Origin: an uncultured Pseudomonadota bacterium
GTDB taxonomy: Bacteria; Myxococcota_A; UBA796; CAJQPC01
Assembly: GCA_913060515.1 (NCBI GenBank)
Contig: CAJXRZ010000022.1
Coordinates: forward strand, 10,442 to 74,441
Length of the DNA stretch: 64,000 nucleotides
Direction of reading: 5' to 3'
Position numbers and translations under genes: made by a program. The notes under the pieces were generated by a model. It was given only the letters and a program-made list of their open reading frames with translations, made no database searches and had not been told where the DNA came from. Positions 27,821-37,798 of the stretch are shown here, in pieces (the first letter of the stretch is position 1; each line of letters starts with the position of its first letter).

Positions 27821-29125
27821 ATGGACATCTGCGTTGTTGGCACTGGATACGTTGGACTCGTTGCGGGCACCTGCCTGGCAGATTTGGGCCACATGGTCAC
27901 ATGTGTCGACCGAGATGAAGCCAAGGTTGCGCTCCTGAAGAGCGGCGGCGTGCCCATCTATGAGCCTGGCTTGGATCAGTTGATCAAGCGGAACGTGCGC
28001 GAGTGCAGGCTGCACTTCACCACCGATGGCCCCACCGCTGTCGCCAAGAGTGAGGTCAGCTACATCGCCGTCGGCACCCCATCTGCCGACGATGGATCCG
28101 CGGATCTGAGCGGCGTGATGGCGGTCGCCAAGATGATCGGTGAGTCCCTGGTCAAGTCCTGCACTGTGGTCATCAAGAGCACGGTGCCAGTGGGCACAGC
28201 GGACAAGGTCCGCAAGATCCTCAACGAGACCACCGAGCAGGCTTTTGACGTGGTCTCCAACCCGGAGTTCCTCAAGGAAGGCGCAGCGATCGAGGACTTC
28301 CTCAAGCCCGACCGCATCGTCGTGGGCTGTAGAGAGCCAGGGACAGAGGCCATCGTCCGTGAGCTTTACGGCCCTCTCCTGCGCACCGGCAAGCCCATCC
28401 TCTTCATGGACAACCGCAGCGCTGAGCTGAGCAAGTACGCAGCCAACGCCTTCCTCGCGACGAAGATCAGCTTCATCAACGAGCTCTCCCTGCTCTGTGA
28501 AGCGGTGGGCGCAGATGTAGACAGCGTTCGCCGTGGCGCTGGCAGCGACTCCCGCATTGGGCTGCGCTTCTTCTTCCCAGGTGTGGGCTACGGCGGCTCC
28601 TGTTTCCCCAAGGACGTCAAGGCTCTGATGCGTACCGGAGAGGAGGCCGGATTCCCACTGTCCATCGTCGACGCCGTCGAGCAGGTCAACGCGCGCCAGA
28701 AGCAGGTGCTCTTCAACAAGGTCGTGCGGGTGTTTGGCGCCGATCTGAGCGGCAAGAGCTTCGCGGTTTGGGGCCTGTCCTTCAAGCCCCAGACGGACGA
28801 CATGCGAGAGGCCCCCAGCGTGGTGGTCATCGACGCGCTCTTGGCAGCCGGAGCCAAGGTTGTTGCCTACGACCCAGAGGCCATGGAAGAGGCCAAGCAC
28901 AGCCTGGGCGAGCGGATCACCTATGCCGAGTCCCGCATGCACGCGCTACAAGGGGCGGACGCCCTGCTACTGATCACGGAGTGGAACGAGTTCCGCAACC
29001 CGGACTGGGAGCAGGTCGCAGATACGATGCCGGGTCGCCACATCTTTGACGGCCGGAACATCTACGACCCTGCGCAACTCAACAGCGCCGGGTTCACCTA
29101 CCACGGGATCGGACGCCTCACGTGA
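27821..29125 (+). CDS. ugd: UDP-glucose 6-dehydrogenase
   Basis: [34 protein letters not shown] and [10 protein letters not shown] motifs. Confidence 0.96.
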   Translation: MDICVVGTGYVGLVAGTCLADLGHMVTCVDRDEAKVALLKSGGVPIYEPGLDQLIKRNVRECRLHFTTDGPTAVAKSEVSYIAVGTPSADDGSADLSGVMAVAKMIGESLVKSCTVVIKSTVPVGTADKVRKILNETTEQAFDVVSNPEFLKEGAAIEDFLKPDRIVVGCREPGTEAIVRELYGPLLRTGKPILFMDNRSAELSKYAANAFLATKISFINELSLLCEAVGADVDSVRRGAGSDSRIGLRFFFPGVGYGGSCFPKDVKALMRTGEEAGFPLSIVDAVEQVNARQKQVLFNKVVRVFGADLSGKSFAVWGLSFKPQTDDMREAPSVVVIDALLAAGAKVVAYDPEAMEEAKHSLGERITYAESRMHALQGADALLLITEWNEFRNPDWEQVADTMPGRHIFDGRNIYDPAQLNSAGFTYHGIGRLT

Positions 29126-30924
29126 ACATCGCGCGCATCCGCAACTTTGCGATCATCGCCCACATTGACCATGGAAAGAGCACTCTGGCCGACCGTCTCA
29201 TTGAGAAGACCGGCCTGCTCACCCAGCGGGAGATGAAGGCCCAGTACCTGGACAAGATGGATCTGGAGCGGGAGCGCGGCATCACGATCAAGGCCCAGAC
29301 CTGTGTGCTCAAGTACACCGCGTCCGACGGCCTGGACTACATCCTCAACCTCATCGACACCCCCGGCCACGTGGACTTCAACTACGAGGTCAGTCGCAGC
29401 CTCTCCGCGTGTGAAGGGGTGCTGCTGGTGGTGGACGCCGCACAAGGGGTCGAGGCTCAGACCTTGGCCAACGTCTACTTGGCCTTGGATCACGACCTGG
29501 AGATCATCCCGGTCCTGAACAAGATCGACCTGCCCGGAGCGGAGGTCGAGAACGTCCTGGAGCAGATCGAAGACGGCATCGGCCTGGACACGGAGCACCA
29601 TGTGCTCTGCTCCGCCAAGACCGGCATCGGAATCGATGAAGTGCTCGAGGCCGTGGTCAAGCTCATCCCGCCCCCCCAAGGCGAAGATGAGAACGAGCCT
29701 CTTCAGGCCCTCATCGTCGACTCTTGGTTCGACACCTATGTGGGCGTGGTCTGCCTGGTGCGGGTCAAGAATGGCAAGGTCGCAAAGGGCGACCGGATCA
29801 AGATGATGATCACCGGGGCCGCCTACGAGGTCACCCAGGTCGGCGTCTTTGCCCCCGAAGCCTTGGAGACGGAGTCCATCGGCGCCGGCGAAGTGGGCTT
29901 CATCATCGCCTCGATCAAGAAGCTGGAAGACGCCAGGGTGGGGGATACCATCACCACCCAGCGCAACGGCGCCACGGAGCCTCTGCCGGGCTTCAAAGAG
30001 GTCAAACCGATGGTCTTCGCTGGGATCTTTCCAGTGGATTCGGCCGACTATGGTGACATGCGGGACGCCCTGGACAAGCTCTCTCTGAACGACGCCAGCA
30101 TGAGCTTTGAGCCTGAGACCTCCGATGCCCTGGGCTTCGGTTTTCGCCTGGGCTTCTTGGGGCTCCTGCACATGGAGATCATTCAGGAGCGCTTGGAGCG
30201 CGAGTACAACCTGGACCTGATCACCACGGCCCCCAGCGTGATCTACGAGGTCATCAAGAAGAACGGCGAGACCTTGACCATCCACAGCCCCTCGCGGCTG
30301 CCGGGCTTGGGAGAGATCGCCGAGATCCGCGAGCCCATCGCCAAGGTCACCATCCACGTGCCCGATGCCCACGTTGGCGCAGCCCTGAAGCTCTGTCAGG
30401 ATCGGCGCGGCGTCCAGATTGGTTTTGAGGTGCCGAGCGCGGGTCGAAACGTCATCACCTACGACGTGCCCTACGCCGAGGTGGTCTACGACTTCTTCGA
30501 CCGCCTCAAGAGCGTGACACGCGGCTACGCGTCCATGGACTACGAAGTGGAGCGTTGGCAGACGGGCGATCTGGTCAAGCTGGACATCCTGCTCAACGGG
30601 GACGTGGTCGACGCACTGAGCACCATCGTGCACCGTGCCAAGAGCCAGTACCAGGGCCGTGAGCTCTGCAGGAAGCTCAAGGAGTTCATCCCGCGGCAGA
30701 TGTACGAAGTGGCCATCCAGGCTGCCATCAGCTCCAAGGTCGTTGCCCGCGCGACGGTCAAGGCCATGCGAAAGGATGTGACCGCCAAGTGCTACGGCGG
30801 CGACATCAGCCGAAAGCGCAAGCTGCTGGAGAAGCAGAAGAAGGGCAAGAAGCGCATGAAGGCCGTCGGCTCGGTAGAGGTCCCTCAGGAGGCCTTCCTG
30901 TCCGTGCTGCGCGTCGGAGAGTGA
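29122..30924 (+). CDS. lepA: elongation factor 4 (LepA)
   Basis: [28 protein letters not shown] and [18 protein letters not shown] motifs. Confidence 0.98.
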   Translation: MNIARIRNFAIIAHIDHGKSTLADRLIEKTGLLTQREMKAQYLDKMDLERERGITIKAQTCVLKYTASDGLDYILNLIDTPGHVDFNYEVSRSLSACEGVLLVVDAAQGVEAQTLANVYLALDHDLEIIPVLNKIDLPGAEVENVLEQIEDGIGLDTEHHVLCSAKTGIGIDEVLEAVVKLIPPPQGEDENEPLQALIVDSWFDTYVGVVCLVRVKNGKVAKGDRIKMMITGAAYEVTQVGVFAPEALETESIGAGEVGFIIASIKKLEDARVGDTITTQRNGATEPLPGFKEVKPMVFAGIFPVDSADYGDMRDALDKLSLNDASMSFEPETSDALGFGFRLGFLGLLHMEIIQERLEREYNLDLITTAPSVIYEVIKKNGETLTIHSPSRLPGLGEIAEIREPIAKVTIHVPDAHVGAALKLCQDRRGVQIGFEVPSAGRNVITYDVPYAEVVYDFFDRLKSVTRGYASMDYEVERWQTGDLVKLDILLNGDVVDALSTIVHRAKSQYQGRELCRKLKEFIPRQMYEVAIQAAISSKVVARATVKAMRKDVTAKCYGGDISRKRKLLEKQKKGKKRMKAVGSVEVPQEAFLSVLRVGE

Positions 30925-31557
30925 GTGTCCGGAGAGTCCTCCGGGTCAGAGTCGCCTGCGACTGAGCCAGCTGGTCGGGACTGGGGCCGTTTGGCTCTGG
31001 TGGCCTCGGTGGTGTTGCTGGTCTTGGCCGTGCTCTTGCGGAGCTTCGTCTTTGGTCTTGTGACTGTGAAGACGGGCAGTATGCAGCCCGCCATTCGACC
31101 TGGAAGCACCTGGGTGTATCTGCGCAGCGTGGAGCCGCAGGTGGGCGACATCGTCGTGGTGGAGTTGCCCTGGGACCCGGGGGTCTTGCACGTCAAGCGG
31201 CTGGTCGCTCAAGGTCCGGCAGAGGTGGAGCTGGTGGACGGCCGCCTCTATGTGGACGGCGCCCCCAGCTTTGTAGACCGAGACATCGATGTTCCTTGGC
31301 TAGATGAGACCTGCACGCCGAGAGTGGGTCGGGGCCACGTGGAGAATTACGGCGCCGATGGCGAGGGGATCGAGGTCAAGGTCCTGGGTGGAGGAGACCA
31401 TTCGCGCACCCAGCTCTTGGCCGGAGAAATCTGGCTTTTGGGGGACCGGCGCGGCCGAAGCGAGGACAGCGGTCAGTGGGGGCAAGTTTCCTCGAGTGCT
31501 GTGCGCGGTAAGGTCTGGGGAGCTGTCCTCACTGGCGAGGGCTGTGATGAGGAGTGA
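30925..31557 (+). CDS. lepB: signal peptidase I (S26)
   Basis: One TM, TGSMQPAI (Ser), HVKRLVA (Lys), GDRRGRSEDSG box E variant; follows lepA. Confidence 0.85.
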   Translation: MSGESSGSESPATEPAGRDWGRLALVASVVLLVLAVLLRSFVFGLVTVKTGSMQPAIRPGSTWVYLRSVEPQVGDIVVVELPWDPGVLHVKRLVAQGPAEVELVDGRLYVDGAPSFVDRDIDVPWLDETCTPRVGRGHVENYGADGEGIEVKVLGGGDHSRTQLLAGEIWLLGDRRGRSEDSGQWGQVSSSAVRGKVWGAVLTGEGCDEE

Positions 31558-31561
31558 GCAC

Positions 31562-31969
31562 ATGGACAACAGGCGCAAGCGTAGGGGAGACATTGATCTC
31601 GGCAAGATCTTCCTGCTCCTCGTCGTCTTGGTCGTTGGCTACTTGGCTTGGGCCTTTGTCCCCGCCTACTACGGCGAATTCACCATGCGCCGGACGGTCC
31701 AGGAGACCATCCTCGTCTGGCGGGACACGCGCTCTATGGCCAAGTCTCAGGCGGAACTAGAGCGCAAGATGGACAAGAACGGGGTCCCTTCCTACGTCTG
31801 GCCCCAGGACTGCGAGTTCTACGAGAAGTTCGACGAGAAGCACCTGGACTGCTTCTGGGTGGTCGAGATCGACTACCCCCTGATCGAGAAGAGCACCGAG
31901 ATAGAGTTCGCCGTGCACAAGTACCTGGATAAGGGCGACCTTCTTCACGACGCCCCTCAGGAGGAGTAG
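31562..31969 (+). CDS. DUF4845-like single-TM protein
   Basis: Basic N-terminus plus TM ending VPAYY; position after lepB. Confidence 0.55.
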   Translation: MDNRRKRRGDIDLGKIFLLLVVLVVGYLAWAFVPAYYGEFTMRRTVQETILVWRDTRSMAKSQAELERKMDKNGVPSYVWPQDCEFYEKFDEKHLDCFWVVEIDYPLIEKSTEIEFAVHKYLDKGDLLHDAPQEE

Positions 31970-32500
31970 ATGAGCGAGCAATTGGCCAACGCCTCAGCCA
32001 TGGCCGAGATGGTTCAGGATCTCGCTGAACAGATCCATCGCTCCAGCGACAAGCAGGTTGCCTTGGTGGGCATCCACACGGGCGGCGTGCCCATCGCCAA
32101 GCGCATCGCGGCAGCCATTGAGGCGCTGGGGGGCGAGGCTCCTCTCTTGGGAGAGACGGACATCACCCTGTACCGGGACGATTTGTACACCGGACTTGAG
32201 AACCCCAGCTTGGGTGTCACGCGCTTGCCCTTCTCGGTGGACGGGGCCCGCATCATTCTTGTGGACGATGTTCTCTTCACTGGACGAACGGTACGCGCTG
32301 CTGTGGACCTGATCATGGACTACGGCCGTCCGGCCTACATCAAGCTGGCAGTCTTGGTGGACCGAGGCCATCGGGAGCTCCCAATCGCCGCCGACTTTGT
32401 GGGCACGCGCATCCAGACCGAACTTGCCGATCGGGTGACGGTTGCTCTGCGGGAGACGGACGAGCGGGAGGATGAGATAGCGGTTCAGCGTCGCACCTGA
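31970..32500 (+). CDS. pyrR: PyrR, pyr regulator/uracil phosphoribosyltransferase
   Basis: [23 protein letters not shown] and [11 protein letters not shown] motifs. Confidence 0.96.
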   Translation: MSEQLANASAMAEMVQDLAEQIHRSSDKQVALVGIHTGGVPIAKRIAAAIEALGGEAPLLGETDITLYRDDLYTGLENPSLGVTRLPFSVDGARIILVDDVLFTGRTVRAAVDLIMDYGRPAYIKLAVLVDRGHRELPIAADFVGTRIQTELADRVTVALRETDEREDEIAVQRRT

Positions 32501-32525
32501 GCGTGCAGACGCACGGAGTGCTCCT

Positions 32526-33455
32526 GTGAAAAGAAAGGATCTGCTCGGCCTACGAGACGTCTCCCGAGACGAAATCCTCGAGATTCTCGAGACCGCGTCC
32601 CGCTTTCGGGAGGTCTCAAAGCGGCGCATCAAGAAGGTGCCCACCCTTCGCGGGCGCACCGTGGTGACCCTGTTCTTTGAGAACAGCACCCGAACCAAGG
32701 TCAGCTTTGATTTGGCGGCCAAGCGCCTGAGCGCCGACGGCGTCCACATCAGCGCCGGCACCAGCGCGGTGAAGAAGGGCGAGACCCTGATGGACACCGC
32801 CAGGAACATCGACGCGATGGCGCCGGACCTGGTCATCATGCGGCACAGCTGCGCAGGCGCGCCGCATATGCTGGCTCGCAACTTCGACTTCTCGGTCATC
32901 AATGCCGGCGATGGCATCAACGAGCACCCCACCCAGGCCTTGCTCGACATGTTGACCATGCAGGACCACTTGGGGGATTTGGAAGGCAAGACCGTCGCAA
33001 TCGTGGGAGACGTCTACCACTCCCGCGTCGCCCGCTCGAACCTCTACGGACTGCGCACGATGGGAGCCCGAGTGCTTTTGGCGGGGCCCGGGACCATGTG
33101 TAGGCCGGAGATGGCTGGCCCTGGCGTAGAGGTCCGCCACAAGATCGACGAGGTCTTAGAAGAGGCCGATGTGGTCATGATGCTGCGCATCCAGCGCGAG
33201 CGCCTGCCGCGCGCGATGTTGCCGACCTCGCGGGAGTATGCCCACCTCTACGGCCTGGACTCCGCCAAGCTGGCGCGGGCCAGCGACCGGGTCTTGGTCA
33301 TGCACCCGGGCCCCATCAACCGCGGCGTTGAGCTCTCGCCCGAGGTGGCCGACGGTGAGCGCTCGGTCATCATGGAGCAGGTCACCAACGGCGTCGCCGT
33401 GCGCATGGCGCTGCTCTTCTTGCTCTTGGGAGGCTCCGATGACGCTTCAGCTTAA
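32526..33455 (+). CDS. pyrB: aspartate carbamoyltransferase catalytic subunit
   Basis: FFENSTRT, HPTQALLD, MLRIQRER and MHPGPINRGVE motifs. Confidence 0.97.
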   Translation: MKRKDLLGLRDVSRDEILEILETASRFREVSKRRIKKVPTLRGRTVVTLFFENSTRTKVSFDLAAKRLSADGVHISAGTSAVKKGETLMDTARNIDAMAPDLVIMRHSCAGAPHMLARNFDFSVINAGDGINEHPTQALLDMLTMQDHLGDLEGKTVAIVGDVYHSRVARSNLYGLRTMGARVLLAGPGTMCRPEMAGPGVEVRHKIDEVLEEADVVMMLRIQRERLPRAMLPTSREYAHLYGLDSAKLARASDRVLVMHPGPINRGVELSPEVADGERSVIMEQVTNGVAVRMALLFLLLGGSDDASA

Positions 33456-34692
33456 GGGCGGTCGTCTTCTTTGCACGGCCACCGGCGTGGACCGAATGGG
33501 CGACCTCTGGGTACACCAAGGTCGCGTTCGCTTGAGCGCTCCAGAAGGAGTTCAGGCTCAAGTCATCGACTGCACAGGCAAGGTCGTCACACCGGCCTTG
33601 GTCGACTTGGACGCCCGTCTCTGCGACCCCGGCTACACTTGGCGCGAGAGCCTAAGTACGGGCGGGGAGGCGGCCCTGCGGGGTGGCTTTACCTGCGTGG
33701 TCGCCAACCCTGAGACCGACCCCGTCACCGACGACCCCAGCTTCGTGCGCGAGGTCATTGCCCGCGCTGGGCTGGAGTCCAAGGTGGAGATCAAGGTCGC
33801 AGCCGCCCTGACCAAGGGCCTGGGTGGCGAGAAGCTCTCCGAGCTGGGTCTGATGGCAGAGGCCGGGGCGGCACTGTTTTCCAACGCCGACCACCTCGTC
33901 AGTGACAGCTTGGTGCTGCGAAACGCGCTGCTCTATGCGCGCCCCTTGGGGCTGCCCGTGATGCTTCGCGCGGGCGATGCGGAGCTGGAGTCCGTCGCCG
34001 TGATGAACGAGGGGGCGAGCTCTGCGCTGGCAGGCCTTCGCGGGATTCCGGCCGCCGCTGAAGAGATTGGCATTGCCCGCTTGATCGCCTTGGCCCGGTA
34101 CACCGGCACCCACGTCCACGTGCTCGGTGTGAGCACCAAGCTGGCCATCGCGCAGCTCAAGGCAGGCCTGGCCTCGGGCGCGCCGATCAGCGGCTCGACG
34201 ACCGCGCTGCACTGCTTGCTCAATGACGGGGAAGTCCTGGCCAGCGGCTACGACACAGACACCCGACTGATGCCCCCGCTTCGCACGGAGGAGGACCGCT
34301 TGGCCCTTCTGGAGGCACTGGCAGACGGAACCCTGCTGGGCGTCAGCTCTGCCCACGCCCCTCTGACCCGCGTCGACAAGGAGCTGGAGTTTGCCTACGC
34401 AACCCCCGGGGCCCTTGGTCTGGAGACGGCCTTGAGCTGCCTTTTGAGCTGCGCGCCCTTGGAGCACGCGCTGCGGGCCCTGAGCGCTGGGCCGGCAAAG
34501 CTCTTGGGCATTGAACGCAGCCTGCGTGACGGAGCCCCGGCGGAGCTCTTGGTCCTGGACCCCGAGGCGAAGTGGACCGTCGATCCCACTCAGTTCGCCT
34601 CAAGATCAGCCAATACCCCCTTGGCAGGTCGCCAGCTCAGCGGTGTGCTCGCTGCGGTCATCCACAAGGGCGAGTGCTTGCATCCCGCTTGA
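33439..34692 (+). CDS. pyrC: dihydroorotase-like protein, probably inactive PyrC'
   Basis: DHOase fold (GGFTCVV, MPPLR, GALGLET, SRSANTP), but HxH replaced by DAR and TDHAP by SAHAP. Confidence 0.88.
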   Translation: MTLQLKGGRLLCTATGVDRMGDLWVHQGRVRLSAPEGVQAQVIDCTGKVVTPALVDLDARLCDPGYTWRESLSTGGEAALRGGFTCVVANPETDPVTDDPSFVREVIARAGLESKVEIKVAAALTKGLGGEKLSELGLMAEAGAALFSNADHLVSDSLVLRNALLYARPLGLPVMLRAGDAELESVAVMNEGASSALAGLRGIPAAAEEIGIARLIALARYTGTHVHVLGVSTKLAIAQLKAGLASGAPISGSTTALHCLLNDGEVLASGYDTDTRLMPPLRTEEDRLALLEALADGTLLGVSSAHAPLTRVDKELEFAYATPGALGLETALSCLLSCAPLEHALRALSAGPAKLLGIERSLRDGAPAELLVLDPEAKWTVDPTQFASRSANTPLAGRQLSGVLAAVIHKGECLHPA

Positions 34693-34757
34693 GAGGTGAC
34701 GGAAGGGCCCCAGGTGTTAGCTTTGTGGGCCCCAGTTCTGAAGGACGCATCGCCCCC

Positions 34758-35234
34758 ATGCAGCGCAACCCGATCACGCCCGCCGGCTACGCCCGACTCT
34801 CCGCTGAGCTCAAGCACGCGAAGACCGTCGAGCGGCCCTACATTGTTCTGCAGATTGAAGAGGCGCGCGCACACGGAGATCTGAAAGAGAACGCCGAGTA
34901 TCACTCGGCGAAGGACAAGCAGGGCATGATTGAGGCCCGCATCAAGTGGCACGAGCACATCTTGGCCACAGCCGAGGTGATCGACATCACCGAGATGCCC
35001 CAGACCGGCCAGGTGATCTTCGGCACCACCGTCACCCTGCTGGACTTGGACACCGACGATGAGGTGACCTACCAGATCGTCTCGGACTACGAGTCCGACG
35101 CAAAGCAGGGGCGGATCAGCTACTCCTCTCCCATCGGGCGCGCCATTATCGGCAAGCGAGAGGGCGACGAGGTTGTGGTGGTGACCCCAAAGGGCACCCG
35201 CACCTTGGAGATCTCCGAGGTCGAATACAAGTAG
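34758..35234 (+). CDS. greA: transcription elongation factor GreA
   Basis: ARAHGDLKENAEYHSAK and ISYSSPIGRAIIG motifs. Confidence 0.97.
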   Translation: MQRNPITPAGYARLSAELKHAKTVERPYIVLQIEEARAHGDLKENAEYHSAKDKQGMIEARIKWHEHILATAEVIDITEMPQTGQVIFGTTVTLLDLDTDDEVTYQIVSDYESDAKQGRISYSSPIGRAIIGKREGDEVVVVTPKGTRTLEISEVEYK

Positions 35235-35243
35235 GGGACCTTT

Positions 35244-37793
35244 GTGTCTGAGTCGACCCAAGGCGAGGCGCAAGCCCCGTCCGCTGTGCCATCTTTGGTG
35301 GTCAGCATGCAGAGCGCGAACGCCCTGCGACGCGTGGAGCGCACCCTGCGCTATGCCCTCTCTCAAGACGGCATGGTGGCCTGGCAGCTCTCGTGGTTGG
35401 AGCGCACGCTTGTGCCCTTGCTCACTCAAGTCTCTCAAGGCGTCCCGGAGCACCCAGGAAGCGCCCATCTCTCCGCGGCCGTGGTGGCCCTCGAAGGCGT
35501 AGACGAGATGCCCTGGATGGACCGGGTGCCCTGCGCCCAGGCCGCCTTGGTGTGTGTACAGGCTGCCCGTGCCACGGGAGAGGAGCCTGCCTTTGAGATG
35601 GGTCAGGGCGAGCTCATCGTCTTGCCGGATGTGCCCGAGGAGCTGGATGCACTCTCGGCCCCCAAGGAGCCGGCCAAGGCAGCGTCCCCCAAGGTTGAGC
35701 AAGTCCAGCGCCACGCTCTGGGTGCACCACAAGGGACCGGCCGCGCCCTGAGTACTTTGGGGGAACTCAACGCCAGCCTTGTGGAGCGCTTTGCGCAAGC
35801 TGGGATTGAGCGCATCAGCGATCTCTTGAGCCTGGTGCCCATTTCCCACGAGCGGCTCACGCCGCTGGGCAGCGATGAAGCGCTGGTCGAGGGAGCTGCT
35901 GTCGCCCTGCAGGGACGGGTCCTGGCCAAGTGGGTGCGCTTCAGCGGAAGCCTTCGTCGGGAGGAAGTCTCCTTTCAGGTTGGCGAGCGCTTGGTGCGTT
36001 GCAGCTGGCTCTCGGGAATGCCGGATCTAAAGGTCGGGGCCAGCGTCTGTTTGGTGGGCGAGCTTGAGCTGGATGAGGACGAAGCGCTGCTCTTTGAGGC
36101 GCTGCCTTGGGAGCCGGACAGCCGGGGATTGGTCCGACGCCCTCACTACGATGTAGAGGGTCTTCCAGACGAGGACATCTGGCCTCTGCTGCGCATCGCG
36201 CTGGCCCAGTACCGCGGCCAAATCTTGGATCCAATGCCGCCGGCCTTGCTCCAAGAGTACCGATTGAAGAGCCTTGAGACCTCCCTCGCCGAGCTGCATA
36301 TGCCCAAGGTGGGCCTGCGCTCCGCGCGCACCCGCCCGGTGTTTCAGGAGCTCTTGCTCCAACAGCTCTCGGCGGCATCCGGTGACAAAACGCGCCTGAG
36401 GGGAATCGCCCATTCTCTGAACCACGAGGCCTTGGCGCTGCACCAGCTGGAGAGCCAGCTCAACCTGAGCGACCCCCAAGAGATGGTCTTTGACGAGATC
36501 CGTCGGGACCTTCGGCGCCCATCTGCGATGACCCGCTTGCTGCAAGGCGATGTTGGCTCCGGAAAGGCGCTGATCTCGCTGCTCACGGCGCTCTTGGTCG
36601 GAGAGACCAAGGCCCAGGTCTGCTTCTTGGGCCCGGACGACATCGCCGCCGAGCACCGCTACCTCTTCGCTGAGCCCTTGCTTCGCGCCGCGGGCCTTGT
36701 GCCGCAGCTGGTGAGCGGAAAGCCCACGATGGCCCAAGCGGACGCCATCCGCCGCGGCGAGGCCCATGCCATCTTCGCGACCCACGCGCTCTTCAAGAAC
36801 TTCCCGGAGTTCAAGAAGCTCGGGCTGGTCATCGTTGAAGAGCGGGCCCAGTTCGGCGTGACAGACCGCAAGGCGATCTGCCAGAAAGGCGTGAACCCGG
36901 ATCTGCTCGTGGTCACCTCGGTGCCCATCCCGCTGAGTCTGACCTTCACCGTGTTCTCAAAGCATGATCTGAGCGTGCTGCGTGAGCCCATGCGCCAGAG
37001 CGTCGTGACCAAGGTGCGCGGGCCCAGCGAACGAGAAGAGGCCTACGCCTCCCTGCGGGAACAGCTGGCCCTCGGGCGCCAAGCCTACGTTGTCTTTCCA
37101 ACGCTTCAAGGGAAGGACCTGCTCGATTTGGCCCAGGCCAAGCAGCTCACGACCGCCCTGAGCTCCGAGGCCTTCCCTGGAGCCAAGGTCGCGCTCTACC
37201 ACGGGGCCATGGGACGAGAGGAGCGCTTTCAGCTCTTTGAGGACTTCCAGCGCCGGCGTCTGGACGTGCTGGTGTGCACCACGACCATCGAGGATGCCCC
37301 CGAGGTCGCCAACGCCACCGCGTTGATGGTGGACCACGCTGACCGCTACGACCTGGTTCGCCTGCATCGCCTGCGTGGCCATGTGGCCCAAGGCCGGCTG
37401 CCTGGTACCTGTGAGTTCGTCATGACCGCTCAGCCCAGTGAGGAGGGCCAGGCCCTCGTCGAGCTGGTCGCGCAGGAGCAAGACGGCTTCGCCATCGCCG
37501 AGAAGGACCGTCAGCAGCGCGGGGACGCGGCCCTGCTGGGGGGACGTCAGGACGACATGCCCGAGTTCCAGTTGGCGGACCCCACCCGGGACCGGCCCAT
37601 GTTGCTCAAGGCCCGGCGCGCAGCCCTAGAGCTGCTCAAGCTCGACCCGCAGCTCCGACAGCGCAACCACCGCGGGCTCGTACGCCTGTTGCGTGAGCGT
37701 GGCTTGGAGATCGAAGGGGAGACCCGACCAGAGGCCAGTCGCGGTGGTGCCAAGGCCAAGGGACGTCGTCGTCGCCGCAGGCGCAAGAAGTAG
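35244..37793 (+). CDS. recG: RecG-like SF2 helicase homolog with degenerate motifs
   Basis: Wedge/OB domain, MTRLLQGDVGSGK, DGFAIAEKD; catalytic motifs altered (see findings). Confidence 0.85.
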   Translation: MSESTQGEAQAPSAVPSLVVSMQSANALRRVERTLRYALSQDGMVAWQLSWLERTLVPLLTQVSQGVPEHPGSAHLSAAVVALEGVDEMPWMDRVPCAQAALVCVQAARATGEEPAFEMGQGELIVLPDVPEELDALSAPKEPAKAASPKVEQVQRHALGAPQGTGRALSTLGELNASLVERFAQAGIERISDLLSLVPISHERLTPLGSDEALVEGAAVALQGRVLAKWVRFSGSLRREEVSFQVGERLVRCSWLSGMPDLKVGASVCLVGELELDEDEALLFEALPWEPDSRGLVRRPHYDVEGLPDEDIWPLLRIALAQYRGQILDPMPPALLQEYRLKSLETSLAELHMPKVGLRSARTRPVFQELLLQQLSAASGDKTRLRGIAHSLNHEALALHQLESQLNLSDPQEMVFDEIRRDLRRPSAMTRLLQGDVGSGKALISLLTALLVGETKAQVCFLGPDDIAAEHRYLFAEPLLRAAGLVPQLVSGKPTMAQADAIRRGEAHAIFATHALFKNFPEFKKLGLVIVEERAQFGVTDRKAICQKGVNPDLLVVTSVPIPLSLTFTVFSKHDLSVLREPMRQSVVTKVRGPSEREEAYASLREQLALGRQAYVVFPTLQGKDLLDLAQAKQLTTALSSEAFPGAKVALYHGAMGREERFQLFEDFQRRRLDVLVCTTTIEDAPEVANATALMVDHADRYDLVRLHRLRGHVAQGRLPGTCEFVMTAQPSEEGQALVELVAQEQDGFAIAEKDRQQRGDAALLGGRQDDMPEFQLADPTRDRPMLLKARRAALELLKLDPQLRQRNHRGLVRLLRERGLEIEGETRPEASRGGAKAKGRRRRRRRKK

Positions 37794-37798
37794 TCGGT

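Noticed and set aside
31960..32526. PyrR attenuator leader
   Set aside because: pyrR abuts the upstream stop and the pyrR-pyrB gap is 25 nt; no terminator/antiterminator visible
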